NCBI GenBank assembly: GCA_001600815.1
Contig: BCKZ01000012.1
Span: 248,001 to 312,000, forward strand
DNA from: Alloascoidea hylecoeti
Lineage: Eukaryota
Length of the DNA stretch: 64,000 bases
Direction: 5' to 3'
Notes under the pieces: model-generated
What the model was told of the DNA's origin: nothing
The model's database searches: none
Seen by the model: the letters and a program-made list of their open reading frames with translations, nothing else
Made by a program: the position numbers and the translations under genes
Shown: piece by piece, positions 21,620-34,781 of the stretch
Layout of the letters: every line of letters starts with the position of its first letter
Numbering within the stretch: position 1 is the first letter of the stretch

Positions 21620-22777
21620 ATGGTGGGGTCACGGTTACCTGGAGCTAGTAAGTGTTGAATAGAATCCAAGTATTTTACATTTTACCGTCCATCAACAGCA
21701 CTCCCACATGTTCAACCAACTCTCAAATAATCATCCAAGATGTTTCCTTACTTCTTGATGACACAAAGTTTATTATACCTGAGGGGTGTCTATCATAGTA
21801 ATGGACAGATGGATGATGATAGCAGAACAAAATATGGTGATGCTGTTGAATAATTTCAATGATTATTTCTTTTTCTCAACCTAACCTTTTTTCTAGACAA
21901 AGCATCAGTGAAATCGAGCAAAGCTCGAGGAACACCCGATGAAGGTACACCCTCAAAGCAGAAAGGTACAAAAACAAAAAAGACAAAGAAACAAAAAATG
22001 AGCAGAATGTCAACAGAATCGACCCCTGTAGATTCAGAGCCAGGGTCAGTTAAACCAGAGAAACCTAAGAAGGGAACGAAAAAGAGAAAAAATGGAGACA
22101 CAGTAGAAAATCCAAAGCCTAGTAAAAAGAAAAAAGAAAAACAGAAACCCTTACCCAAGAAAAAAGCACCAGTTAATATAGAAATACAATGTGGGGTAAA
22201 ACTTCCAAATGGTGGATATTGTGCTAGGTCCCTTACCTGCAAAACACATTCAATGTCTGCCAAAAGAGCGGTACCTGGTCGTTCTGCTCCATATGATGTT
22301 CTACTGGCTAACTATCAAAGGAGAAACCAAGCTAAACTAGCATCAATGTTAAACGCACAGCAACGGGCCGATGAAAAGGAAGAAAATGGACCAATAAATG
22401 AAGAACAGGAAGTTCAGGAGGTATTTGAAGGTGTTAGCCGGTCTGTACCAATGCCACTAGAAAGAAAAGTTATTTTACCTACTTCTATTAGAACAGAATT
22501 CTTTAGAATGCGGGAAATGTTTGCAAAAGTTTATGTTCCTCGGAGGGTGGGGCAACCACCCATAGGTGGGATCATGAGTCGGACAGGATTGACTGATATT
22601 GACAGGCCCAATGAAGTGTTATATATGAGACCAAATAGATTACAGCAACAGCAGCTGGTCATGGCACAACAAGCCCAAGCTCATGCTCATGCCCAAGCTC
22701 AAGCCCAAGCTCAGGCTCAGGCCCAGGCTGTCCAAGCTCGTGAAATGCAAGCACAATCCCAATCCAACCCTCCTTGA
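21620..22777 (+). CDS. SGF73: SAGA subunit Sgf73 / ataxin-7-like (SCA7 domain). Exons 21620-21647, 21897-22777 (first exon tentative)
   Basis: QCGVKLPNGGYCARSLTCKTHSMSAKRAVPGRSAPYDVLL. A phase-1 intron GTAAGT..CTAAC..TAG supplies an ATG. Adjacent to ALG2 as in S. cerevisiae. Confidence 0.85.
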
Positions 22778-23284
22778 ACATTTACATACATCTGATATCG
22801 AGGACTACGAGCCGAATATGTATTATTTCATGCTAACTATAGATATTAGTATATATTAAGGTTGAATATAAGGTTCAAATTCTACAATTTGATGAGGTTT
22901 TTTGGAGGAGACTGTTATTTGTTATCTAAGATACAACTTATAATTAAGCCATGAAACTATTTTATATATGTGATGTTACTGATGATTTGAATATTAATTA
23001 TATCGGGATTAGCAATGTTTTTGATTCCTATAAAATTACTATGAATTCCATATTTTCGATTTAGGCTAATTCGTTTAATGTTAATACAATATTTTTTGGA
23101 CATAAATACTCAAGTAAGGATTCATAACAAAAGATGAAAAATGTTAATAGAGAATCACAATTCTTCTGCACTAGATTGCACACTTAATTCGATTTTGGAT
23201 GTTAGTGTACCTTTAGACTTCATCAATACTATTTAAGTTCCTTTTATAAATAATGTATGTTTCTAAGGCTATGTGTATTTTAAA

Positions 23285-24769
23285 TCATAAAAAGTAGTAC
23301 AAAGCAGGCATCAAAATTATGAGTAGAGTCAAAAATATGAATATTAAGGGTAAATTGATGAATAGTGTTTCATAACCATATTTAACTGCTAGTTGGTGTT
23401 TCATTCTATCAATAACATCTTCAAAATTGTCAGCCATTTTCGTCTTTGTAAATTTACTCTCCACCAAGTTTTTCGAATAAGAAGCCATGGTATTTATTTG
23501 ATTGTCACTAAGTTCAAATAATGCAAGCTGAATCACTTCCGCCCACTTGTCAGGGATAGGTTCTCGTAACCAACCATTCTTACCTTCGTCAATTGTTTCA
23601 AGTGGGCCTCCGTTATTTACGGCCAAAATAGGTGTACCAAGTGTCATGGCCTCTAATGGAACAATACCAAAATGTTCAAAAGATGGTGTATATAGTAAAA
23701 GCGAGGCATGTTTCAAGAGTCCAGTCTTGATATCACTAGAAACCGATGGCATAAAAAGTACATCGAATCCTCCCGATGACTCTGGTAACTTCCCACGTAT
23801 AGTAGTATAGGTTAAACCCAAGCTCTTACATAATTCCCTAAGCTCTTCCAAATGTTCAACGTTTTCCATATTGATCGGATCGTAGCCACCTGCAATAACA
23901 AGCTTGACATTTTTTCTTGAAGTAAGTTTGGAAAATGCTTTCACAGCTAGATTGATATTCTTTTTCCTTTCAAAACGGTTAATAGATACAATAATCTTTG
24001 AATTCCCGAAAAAATTCCTGACATCGTTAGATGGTTCCTTCATTTCGTTAACACAAGGATATACAACTTCCGGTACGACAGTTAGATTAGTGAAAGTCTC
24101 TTTGAACACACTAAGTGTATACTTGCTATTAACCACTATAGTATCAGAAATAGAAATAGACCATTCTTCAAAATAATCAAATGGAAGCCGATATAGCTTC
24201 ATAATCCGATATTTGTGAGTTGTTAGTTTCTGATCAGGGTGATGACAGTAAAACAGTATCCTTGGAGATGTTGATCTTATGGGACTTAAAGGCGATACTA
24301 GCTTAAAGTGCAAAAATGGAACACAAGCAGAGAGTAAATCCACAAAAAATACATCATACTCCTCCGATTGTTTGTATATTATGTAGTATGAAAGATATAA
24401 TTGCCGAATGATGGCACATAGAATTGAAAATTTACCAAATATTTTGGCTGGAAACTGACCTCCCTTCACAATAACCCTTAAAGTACCTAGAATTGAATTT
24501 ATTAGCAAATGGCTCATTGATATATACAAGCATATATGATTTTTGCTTACCATCCTTCACTTCATCAAAACAATGATTTTGGTCACAGTAAGATGTATAG
24601 ATTACCACATCGTGTCCTTTATCTTGAAGCGAAACAGCGGTATCAACAACTAATCTCTCGGCACCACCTATCGATTTCTCTAGTTAGTTATTGTACAATA
24701 AAATTTTATTTTACTTTGGGCCTTACCTATACCCAGATCAGGGTGAATAAAAGCTATTTTTTGAGGCAT
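23285..24769 (-). CDS. ALG2: Alpha-1,3/1,6-mannosyltransferase Alg2. Exons 24769-24727, 24667-24551, 24486-23285
   Basis: Splicing restores FIHPDLGIGGAERLVVD. Also FYCHHPD, SINRFERKKN, EHFGIVPLEAM (454 codons). Confidence 0.95.
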
Positions 24770-24819
24770 GATCCTTACAAATGGCTTTTAGAGCACAATT
24801 AATTGATATAGTGAATAAT

Positions 24820-24827
24820 TTACCCGG
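24820..24827. promoter_or_regulatory. Reb1-type site TTACCCGG upstream of ALG2
   Basis: Exact consensus about 50 bp upstream of the ATG. Confidence 0.5.
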
Positions 24828-25579
24828 ATACAGTAAAGAGATATGTACTGCTGCATATACAATTCTATGGTGGTGATATGCATATGAGTGCATTGCCATC
24901 AACCACCAACAACATTTAATGGCAATTTTAACGACATAGGAAGATAAATAGATTGTGCATAGGATTCACTATGCTATAATTTTATTATTATTAGATTGTG
25001 TGAAGGAGGTATGTTGAATTTAGATCATATGAAGCTGTTTGAAAGGAGGCCTGGCAATTTATTGAGGTTCAATAATGGTAATAATGATTTTAATTTAGAT
25101 GATGAAGGTGAATGTTGAAGGAGATTAAGGAAGTTATTTTCAAGTTGTTCTCAGTTTTTGTTTGTGAAGTCATTGAGATTTTTGGTATTTATCTTTAATT
25201 TGTCTTTTTTCCGTTCCGTTCTTTAAATTTTACTTTTGAGAATATTTTTATTATATTATTAACATACAAGTAGCTATTATCAATACTGATTAAAACAATA
25301 TCACTATTTTCTAGGTGAGTGTTTTCAATCTATAGGTGTATTCATTTCCATATGAAGTAATTCGGGCAATGTGGATATCCATATACAGTAATATAAATTA
25401 TAGGTATGTATTGTTCCAAAAGCTACGATCGCGATACAGTCGATAGATGTAGCTATAATTACTTTCTATATCACATATAACTTATACATTTAAGTATATA
25501 TCGACTCTCTGAATATAATGTGTATCTAGGTTTGCTGAAAATACACCTTAATAAGATTTTGATGATGCATACTGAAACA

Positions 25580-27100
25580 TTATTGAGTCTTTTTTGAAAA
25601 AATATCTCTGAAAAAGTTGGATAGGCCATACTCTTTATCTTTTTTTTCACTGATAATGCCCTTGGCATATAACTTTGTATTCTTTGGCAAGATATCTACT
25701 CCTATAGAACTTTTGTCACCAGCATCGACCCTACCTGTACCATGCCAAAGTTTTACAGCATCAACAAGCTCATTCGCAACATTTTTATAGCATAGTTGTA
25801 ATTCCTTTTCTAATGAAAGATAATGTTTTCTCGAGGGTGATGGGGCCTGTAAATTATAACTTCGAATTGAATCGTTAAGTTTTTCTAAAGCTGTGTTGAG
25901 GTATTTCTTTTGATTTCGTTCCCACTTTAAATCTCGTAGTGTCTTTGATGATGATGATGATGATTCATGTATACAATATTCCTTCGCTTCTACTATTTTC
26001 TTTTCAAGGGATTCGCTGGTATATCTATCATTTATAATTAAAACTGCTTTCTTTTTCCAAGATAGCTTTAAGTTATCTCTAAAGGTCCGAATCTCAACAT
26101 CAACCGAGTTTTGCTTTTCAATCCATGGAGGTGAAATATTTTGTCTTTTTAAAATATTATTTAAGTAGTACTCGGTGGTATTTATATAGGGAGAGTTGGC
26201 ATTATAATCTTCCTTCATTTTTTGATTTCTTGGAAGATTATCAAATGCTCCCCTTCTGCGAGCTTCTTCGATTTTCCGATCTGCTGCTGCTTTAATAGCA
26301 TGAGTTGTAGATTCAAATGACGTTGGAACAAGTAAGCTGGGCCCAAGTAAACGTTCTTTATACATCTCCTTGAATCTGGTATCTTCTTCATGGGACTTAG
26401 TCTCAGATTTGGAGCTTTCAGGTTGTGAATGCTTCTGCAAGCTATAATCTAGAGATATTTCGCGGGCATTTGAAAGTCTTTCTTGGAGGGAAGCCCGTCT
26501 CGGATTTGATGTTCGGGAACTGTTGTATGTATTAGTTTGAAATGAGTTATTTTTCTTTATTTTTAAAGGTTTATATTTATCCATCAGCATTCGTAGTGCA
26601 GTATCTCGAACATCTTCCTCTCCAGTCCAAGGTTTAGCACCAGCTATATCACGAATATGCTTTGAAGCATCGGAAGATAACTTAGAATAGGCAATGTGCT
26701 GAGGGTATTTGTCAGTGATTTCAGTTTGTTGTATCCTTTCTAATATTTTCGCCATTTCGGCTTTTAATGTGGGATCAATCTCTGCATCTGGACGCTTGTT
26801 GGAATTAGTAGTGGTGTCTCGGATAGGCAATGCATCTTTAGTTATTCCTGCCATAGGATCATCTTTGGAAGGGTAAGCATCTTCAGCAAGTTGCTCGAAT
26901 CTTCTTCTCAGGGCACCTTCATCATCGTCCTGGTTTCGGTCGCCGGGCTTAGATCTATCTGAGTTGATAGTCCGTTGAGAATAGTTTCTGGTTACTATAC
27001 AGATATACAGATTCTGAGTGGCGGAGGGTGTAATATTGAAGTGAGTTATTAAACTAGCAACTTTTATTCTGATTGTGTAGTTTAAGCTTATATATGGCAT
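25580..27100 (-). CDS. DNAJC28 conserved-domain (DUF1992-like) protein, probably mitochondrial
   Basis: ADRKIEEARRRGAFDNLPR, TEYYLNNILKRQNISPPWIE, RSYNLQAP, PWTGEE..DTALRML. Confidence 0.8.
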   Translation of the reverse strand: MPYISLNYTIRIKVASLITHFNITPSATQNLYICIVTRNYSQRTINSDRSKPGDRNQDDDEGALRRRFEQLAEDAYPSKDDPMAGITKDALPIRDTTTNSNKRPDAEIDPTLKAEMAKILERIQQTEITDKYPQHIAYSKLSSDASKHIRDIAGAKPWTGEEDVRDTALRMLMDKYKPLKIKKNNSFQTNTYNSSRTSNPRRASLQERLSNAREISLDYSLQKHSQPESSKSETKSHEEDTRFKEMYKERLLGPSLLVPTSFESTTHAIKAAADRKIEEARRRGAFDNLPRNQKMKEDYNANSPYINTTEYYLNNILKRQNISPPWIEKQNSVDVEIRTFRDNLKLSWKKKAVLIINDRYTSESLEKKIVEAKEYCIHESSSSSSKTLRDLKWERNQKKYLNTALEKLNDSIRSYNLQAPSPSRKHYLSLEKELQLCYKNVANELVDAVKLWHGTGRVDAGDKSSIGVDILPKNTKLYAKGIISEKKDKEYGLSNFFRDIFSKKTQ

Positions 27101-27349
27101 GCTATTATGGTGTGGCCTCGGTTAGCTAATTGCAATAATAACAGGTGGTAGGATGTTAGACGGTTTTACAAATCAATTTGAGTGGTGGAAAAGATATACC
27201 GAAACCCAATTTGTAAAACCAGTACGTAATTATAACCTTATAATTATTTCTACAATATTGCGCATTCGTATTCTTAATATTAAGTATAACCTATTTTTTT
27301 ATTATTATTTCCTATTATACATATTGAAAGACTCCTTTTGATTTTAAAA

Positions 27350-28298
27350 TTACGTATATGCAATCGAGTTATATTTGTCAGAATTATAGTTAAGTAACGA
27401 AGATTGTTGTAATGGATATTGGAAATTAATATAATTGTTTTGAAATCCATTGGATCCTAAAATGATTCCTTCAGGGTTAGTAACAGATGTGAAATTGTTG
27501 CAAAATTGATAAGAATGTGGAAAATGACCAGTTGTAGCCTGACTTTGGCTGACAGATGCTTTTTCATATAAACTTGAAGTAGGTGTAGATGAAAGTATGC
27601 TCTGGGGTTGTAAGTTCTGTAGAGTATAATTATAAGTAGCTTGTGTCGAGCTTGGATATGATGATGCTAATGAATTAAAATTGTAGTTTGAACCATTAAG
27701 TTCTTCTATAGCTACCTGGGAATTGTCTCCGCTAGTTATAGAAGAAAGAATACTATTAGCACTAATGTCACTCCTTTTGAATGATTCAGAGGAGGAGTTC
27801 ATGTATAGGTTACGTTGAGAATTGTGAAGAAATGGAACTTTGGTAAAAACTATATTAATATGGATTAGTTAGGATTGTCGTTTCAAATGCATAAACATAA
27901 CCGATTAATTGGTTTCCATATTGATACTGACCATTATATTGCAGACTAATTGGATCGTTAAGCCTTTTCTCGAACTCTTTCTGCTTAAATTGCTCTTCTT
28001 CCCTTTTCTGTTTTCTCCAAATTCGTCTGATTTCCTTGAACTCTTCTGGCCTTCTTCTGTCGCCATGATTTTGTGTTAAAACATGGGCATTCAAATGATT
28101 CAAAGTACCATAACCTTTTATGCAACCTTTAAATCCACAGATATATAACCGATCAATTTCATGATATTTCCTTCTTGGTCTAGTTTTAGGCTTTTGATTA
28201 TTATTGAATTCTCTTGTATTGTTTATTCCATTTTCGAAGGCTGGAAGATAGCCAACAGGAAGACTAGTGAGTGGTGCCGTGGAGCCAAAAGTATTCAT
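27350..28298 (-). CDS. Con7-type C2H2 transcription factor. Exons 28298-27932, 27849-27350 (donor tentative)
   Basis: RPRRKYHEIDRLYICGFKGCIKGYGTLNHLNAHV..HG.RR.PEEFKEIR. A phase-1 intron GTCAGT..ACTAAT..TAG joins the two track ORFs. Confidence 0.82.
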
Positions 28299-31200
28299 TA
28301 TTAGTTAATGAAGGAAATATCTATAGGTAAGAGATGCAATATATATGTATATATATATATGTGATTTTAAGTTTTTTTTTTCAGGAATATGGTGGGGGAA
28401 TCTTATTCAATTTATATATTCAAAATGATTGATATGTTTCGATATCAAAAGCTCTATAAAAGTCTATATTATTATTATTATCATTCATAAAGATTTATAA
28501 TGATTCAATAATCAAATTAACTTTCCTTTGCATACTTTTTTTTTCTCTCTGTATCAGCGCTCTTTTGTGACTTTTCTAGATTTGGATAAACAATTTTAGA
28601 GTTTTGTTTGAATGTCAAAATTTTACTTAGCGTGATCCGTATCACTAACGAGTTAAAGAAAATAAAAAAATACATACCGGTAATTATGTAATTCATGAAT
28701 GGACGGCAGGAAATCTAGTGATTCGGGAAGTTAGGGCAGTACGGAAAGCAAATGCTAACTTTTTTGCCAAGAAAATCAAATCTAATATTGTGAATAAAAG
28801 TAAAATATATAAAAATATATATTGCTCAAGAAGAACGGAATATACTGTTAATGCTCGCAATCGATCTTTTGTAATTGATATTTCATGAATAGAAATGACA
28901 TGAAATGAATGTAAGTATACCTTCTGTTCATATTCAAAATTTATTTCCGAATATAGTAACTTAAAATGATGTTCTACTGAATCATATACTAAGCATTACT
29001 GACTGCTTTTAAAGTTTAAAGTACAGTGCTTGCATCCACGGGCATTCGTATGAAAATCCATATGCAAGGAGAATTCAATTTATAGATGCTGTAACGTTAT
29101 GCTAAAATATTGACATTGATTCCGATGTAGCCAAAATAACCAAGATCCATCAATTTGAAAGCCATATGGGAGTTCGTTGATTGGATTTACTCCATGAAAC
29201 TAATGCATTAAGAACACGAACAATTTGCATTTAGCGGAGATGTTCTGCCAATCCATTCAGGAAGTGTCTGTATGAAACCCGCTAATACTAGAAATACCAT
29301 CTTTCAAGGACCTGAATATCTTAGCAAGACTTCTATATATTGAAACCCTATATAGCGCCTTCATTTAAAGATAATTTGTAATACTTTCGTATAATATATA
29401 GATATCCGATGCTCTCTCAGAAATAGATTTTACTCTATTTGTGTCCCATTATATTGTCCCGTTTGTTTCATAAGATATTGCAATTGAATTGGTTCGTGTG
29501 GCACTACCAACTTGAACTGTTTCTACAATCATTTTCTCTAATTTTTCTATAATTCAACTTGTCACATCCATGTCCCGAGTTTCGCAATCCAATGAATAAG
29601 ATCATGGAGCTTATGATATGATTCATTAGAACTTAATAATAGCCGCTCCTCGGTTATTACTGACAAGAGAACTTTCACAAGGTCTTTTAGAGAAGGTCAG
29701 CCACTGTACTGTACGTTTGAATTAAAATTACAACTACAAACCTTATCTAAATAATAATAAAAGTTTAGATCTCACGGCTCTACAACGAGTCTACAACATA
29801 ACTATGAAGATGTTAAGTACACCAAAGGGTACTCAATGCTACTCCTATTAAAGAAATAGATATCAGCCGGGAAAACTTACCCAAACGCATCCCTGCATAC
29901 ATATTGTGGAATAAACGATATGGAACATCTAAAATTCTATAACTAGATCTTGAACAGCAATTAAAAGTATCGAATGTGTGATCTAATCTAACAGAAAAGA
30001 ATGAAAGAATGCATATGGCCTTAACTTTAGGTTTACTCCAATTCCTTATTCAATTGCAAGTTCTAGAATTCAAGATGCTCATAAATTCTCCTAATTTGTA
30101 TTCTTGAGCCAATTGAATATTTAAGTAATTGTATGCATAATACACCACAAAATATTCCAATTATATACAACAAATATTGATTCTTGATGTATAGAAGCTA
30201 CGTGGGTATACATTTCGCATATTTTAACTGGTTTCAATTTTCAAATGAGACTAATTGAGTTTAACTCAATGCAGTTATACATGTATGATATATCGTACGG
30301 CTTATCATTTTAGGTTTTGCAACAGTAAGATGATGTTTATAATTATAAGTATAAGACACCTTAGGGCTTATATGCGTAATTCTTATTGAATAATTATATA
30401 CTACTTTTATTCTTCAAAGAATATGTATACAATTTCAAATAATATATAAAATAATCAAATTGGTTAATTGTAATGTATTTGTACATGTTTCAAAGTTGAA
30501 GAAGATTTACTTTACGACCGTTGTATACGAAGAAAGTATCAATTAAATATCATTCATATACATTAAGTTTTTGTTGTAAGAATTTTTGAATCTTTGCTTG
30601 ATAATAATTTAATGATTTAGTAATAATGTGGTAATTCAAATCTTATTGGCTTAAATATATATAGAATTAGTAATATAGTTCCATAGTATTTTGTTCAACT
30701 TAGTCAAATGTATGGAGATGTATTTGGATTTGGATTTATTTTTTGCAACGAATAAATGAAATTTACCACAATATTGACCATAGTATTAAATATATGAAGA
30801 TATAAGTACTTATATTAGCAGTTTATGCTCTAACCAATCTAAAGGAACGGTTAAATATTATAAACCAATTAGTATTGAATTCACTTGAATTTTTAGGTAC
30901 ACTGCAAGTGAATGTTTCTGTGATACATTGATATTTAGTACAGTTTACTGATAAAGTTTAAAAATCAAATTGAAGTCGAGAAGAAGGAAAAAAATGGTAT
31001 GATTTAATATGCTTAATATGCAATTCAGCGCTAATTAGCAAAAGAAATAAGTTAGTCTGACTTTGAACATTATATAAATTAAGATGTATCAACTTTTTAA
31101 GTTCAATAATCTGAATTATGAACATAGTAGTTTCTTATAAATCAATAAATATTTCACTTATTATATATTATTGTTGTTAATTGAAATTTATTGAGCTAAT

Positions 31201-32263
31201 AGTTAATACAGATCAAGCTATATATTTTTACATGCATGTTAGTAAGGACTTTATTTTACCCTTTAACTTCAAACGAGATAGAAAATTAGTTCGAACATAA
31301 AAATGATCTAGATCTAGATCTAGAATACATATATTAATATCGCACAAGTCCTTGATAAATGATACATGGCTGACTTTTAATTGGAAAGCTTAAGCCTTTA
31401 TAATTTGTTCAGTGCTAGTGAAATACGTACGCCCACCAGAGTCAGAGTGACCACTTTGTGTTGCCACCAAGACAGACAATTGCAATATTAATAATAATAA
31501 ATAGAGCCGTCAGAGTTAAAAACGATTCATATCATACGGCTGCGACTAATGAATTTAGGGTTTGCAACAGAGAAGTCGTGAGTTATCATTAACAATACAT
31601 TGTTCTGTGGAATATTTTTAGGTTTTGTAAACATAATAGTAGGTTTAGGAGACTTGTTCCGCATCACACACAGTGTATGGAACTAGATGAAATCTAATTA
31701 TGTCTTTTATTTTATTTGACACTTTTTATCTCGCAGAGTAGCACAGAATGAGTGTAGATCTCCCCAATTATAGTTAAGATTTGAAAGGGCAATAATAGTT
31801 AAGCTTACGGGCTGGGTTTATGGGACTTTGACTTGAACGATAATTCCTCCTTGAATATAAGTTCCGCTGCAATGTCGGACTTATTATGTAAGAAGATAAT
31901 ATTAGCAATGTAGCATTCCATAACAGTATAAATAGCCCGGCACTGACAGTGTGGACCAGCTTAGGAGAAGAATACAGAAAATGTGGAGCAAATGCAGGGT
32001 GGCCAGCCGTGTATAATTATTATTTATAATTATAATATCCACCGCCATGGTCACGTGCCCACCACACCGAAAGGGCCATATAACTGTAGAAATTTAAAAT
32101 TTAAATTTTACGCAATGATCATGCTCATCCTCAAAACAATCGAAATCAATCAATCAATTAATTAAATTTGAGTGACAATCGCATTGATTAATCAGCTGGC
32201 CATGGCATCCCGTATATAAATAGCCTGCTGGTTGTCTTCTCCTCTTCCTGACAAACATCCGAC

Positions 32264-32893
32264 ATGAAGACCGGTATATTCACTAGAACTGTCAATGTAG
32301 GTCGTCCTATTTTGCTGGTAGACTTGATCCTCAGAATCATCCAATTCGTCTTCGCAGTCATCGCTTTAGGTCTTTCCGGAAAAGCTGCAGATTGGATAGG
32401 GGATAACTATTCAAGAACCTCCTTTGCTGTATTCGCCTCTGTTTTTGCCTTGTTATTTGGTGCTATATTTGGAATTCTCATCTACTTCATCTCCTTCCTC
32501 TCTCATCCTGCAATAATCGTGGTCCTGGATGCACTAAATTTAATCTTTACCTTTGCCTCAGCTGTTGCCCTGGCCGATGCTGTTAGTGGTTCATGTGATG
32601 TGTATTATCTTCATTATTATTACTCATATAAACACTTTTGTCAAACATCTAAAGCTGCTGCTGCTTTCCTATTTCTGCTTTTCTTCACATTTATTGCCTC
32701 TGTCGCCATCTCCATCCACAGACTTATCTCGGGTTTCTCGAAGAATAGAGAGGCTCCACTGGATACTGAGCGTGGTGTTACTGATGAAGAAAAAGTTGTT
32801 GGACCAGATCCCGCACATAATGCTACACCTGTTGCTGTTGTTCCATCTACACCTGAACCTGTGTATTCAAATGCAAAGGAAACAACTCATTAA
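32264..32893 (+). CDS. MARVEL / membrane-associating domain four-TM protein
   Basis: ILRIIQFVFAVIALGL, LDALNLIFTFASAVALA, C..KAAAAFLFL; TATATAAA upstream. Confidence 0.85.
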   Translation: MKTGIFTRTVNVGRPILLVDLILRIIQFVFAVIALGLSGKAADWIGDNYSRTSFAVFASVFALLFGAIFGILIYFISFLSHPAIIVVLDALNLIFTFASAVALADAVSGSCDVYYLHYYYSYKHFCQTSKAAAAFLFLLFFTFIASVAISIHRLISGFSKNREAPLDTERGVTDEEKVVGPDPAHNATPVAVVPSTPEPVYSNAKETTH

Positions 32894-33023
32894 ATTTACT
32901 GAATATACACATTTCATGGGTTTCTGTTTCTCTCGCTATTGCCTATTGTTTTACATATTATAGATAAATAATTTTATTTTACATTATTAAATAAATAAAT
33001 TTTAAAATCTCCAAATTAATTCT

Positions 33024-34781
33024 TCACCTCCCTCCAAACCGAATCTGCCATGCAAAGTAATATAACAATACCCCAAATGGTTGTCCCAATAAGAAACTTA
33101 ACCAGAAGATACAATTTCCAATTGTTGTGTGACGTCCTCTTGCTGCCTCCAAAGGTTGTGTTACCCATATTAATGGTGCCTGAAAAATCATAGCTAAAAA
33201 TGCCACTCCAAGAATGTTATGTGTTGGAATTCCGACCAATAATTCATGCAATACTGCACTAACAAGAAATACTACTAGTGATGCCTGCATAGAAGTCCAT
33301 CCTCTATTTAAACATGGAATATAAATATGTCTTTTAAAATAATTCGTTACTGGCTTATTCCATAATCTCCAATAAGTACCTACTGATCCGGAATTCCACC
33401 AATCTTGATAAAAATCTCGATCCGCAAATCTCATAATTTCCGCAAGGCAATTCAAATAAGATTGAAAAATGAAAAAAAAACCTAATAACCATTCAACCAT
33501 AGATATAGTAGCAAGTTTCATTAATCTTTCTAACATCCCAATATAATCCAATTCATGGAACTTTTCTAGACTATGTTCTAGAGTTGGTACTGCATACTGT
33601 CCTGTTATAAAAATAACTAGCCAACCGATAAAGATCATCTCTGCAACACACCGTGCAATAAATGTCCAAGATCTTTTTTCAGTTCTAGGATATACCGGTT
33701 GATAAACTAATGTGGGGGCCCACCAGAAATATATCAGATTACTCAATGAAATATTCTCCGGGTATGGATGTTCTTTATAAAGCAAAGGCATATCATATGT
33801 TGTAATAATATGCTTATTAGCTATAGTGGTTTCTTTATCTTTTCGAGAATATCTTTTTGCATACATATCTCTTAAATCTCTATTTGTTAAAGCATAAGAA
33901 CAAACTTTAAGACAAAGAATAAGAGCATGTACTTCACATATAGTTCCAATAAGTGGATGAAATATTTTAAAATGAACGAAATATGTTGTAATGGCAAGAA
34001 CAAAAATGCAATTTAAAATGTGTAATGAAAAAAATATCCTCCAAAGATGTTTAGGTTTAAAAGGTACTCGTACCTTGACTTTTGTAAACTTTTTCAATTT
34101 TGGTGACCTAAGTTTTAATGCGATAACTTCAATAAGAAGTGCAATAAATAAATGCAATGGTGTCAAAAGAAACAATATCGTACCAGTAACGAGATCTTGT
34201 TTTCCAATACTCATACTATAAAACTGAGTAAGAATACCATACTATAATACGTTTTTTAATTTAGTTAATGAAAACTGATTCAGAATAGAGAAGTGTAGAT
34301 GACATACCTTTTGATAGTTTTCAACAATCAATCGTAAATTTCCAACTACTAGAACCATCATTGCTAAATTCATGAATCCAGTGAATTTTGGTGGGGTTTC
34401 CGTAGCATATTTATGAATAGCAACATGGGTCAAGATAGATGGCTGTCCTTTTTTATGAATAGGAATAATATGAGGCAAGTAGTGTACAGAAGCCTTAGAA
34501 CCTAACTTGGCATTTTTTATTCCTGAAAGTAAAGATTCTTTGAGCTTATTAACATTTCTTGTTTCATTGTCTGTTATTATACTTATTTCTTCGCTATTCA
34601 ATTTTTCCGGTTTCCGTCTTATTAGCTCTTCGTGTATTTTTGTACTACTAACCGCCAAGTTTTTTTCTAATTGTAATCCGGTTGTGTTACCACCATCATA
34701 TGAATAGTCGGGCGTAATAGTTCCACTGGAACTCGACTCTGGCTCTGGGGTATGTTCTAGCGATAACGTCTTGAGTGCCAT
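33024..34781 (-). CDS. MBOAT acyltransferase, DGAT1 type (Yarrowia Dga2-like). Exons 34781-34308, 34241-33024
   Basis: GFMNLAM..GNLRLIVENYQKYG, APTLVYQPVYPRT, FADRDFYQDWWN, SAVLHELLVGIPTH; intron GTATGT..TAG. Confidence 0.9.

Noticed and set aside
21755..21840. Box C/D snoRNA in the SGF73 intron (TGATGA..CTGA)
   Set aside because: C-to-D spacing too short, no terminal D box or stem, no recognisable rRNA guide.
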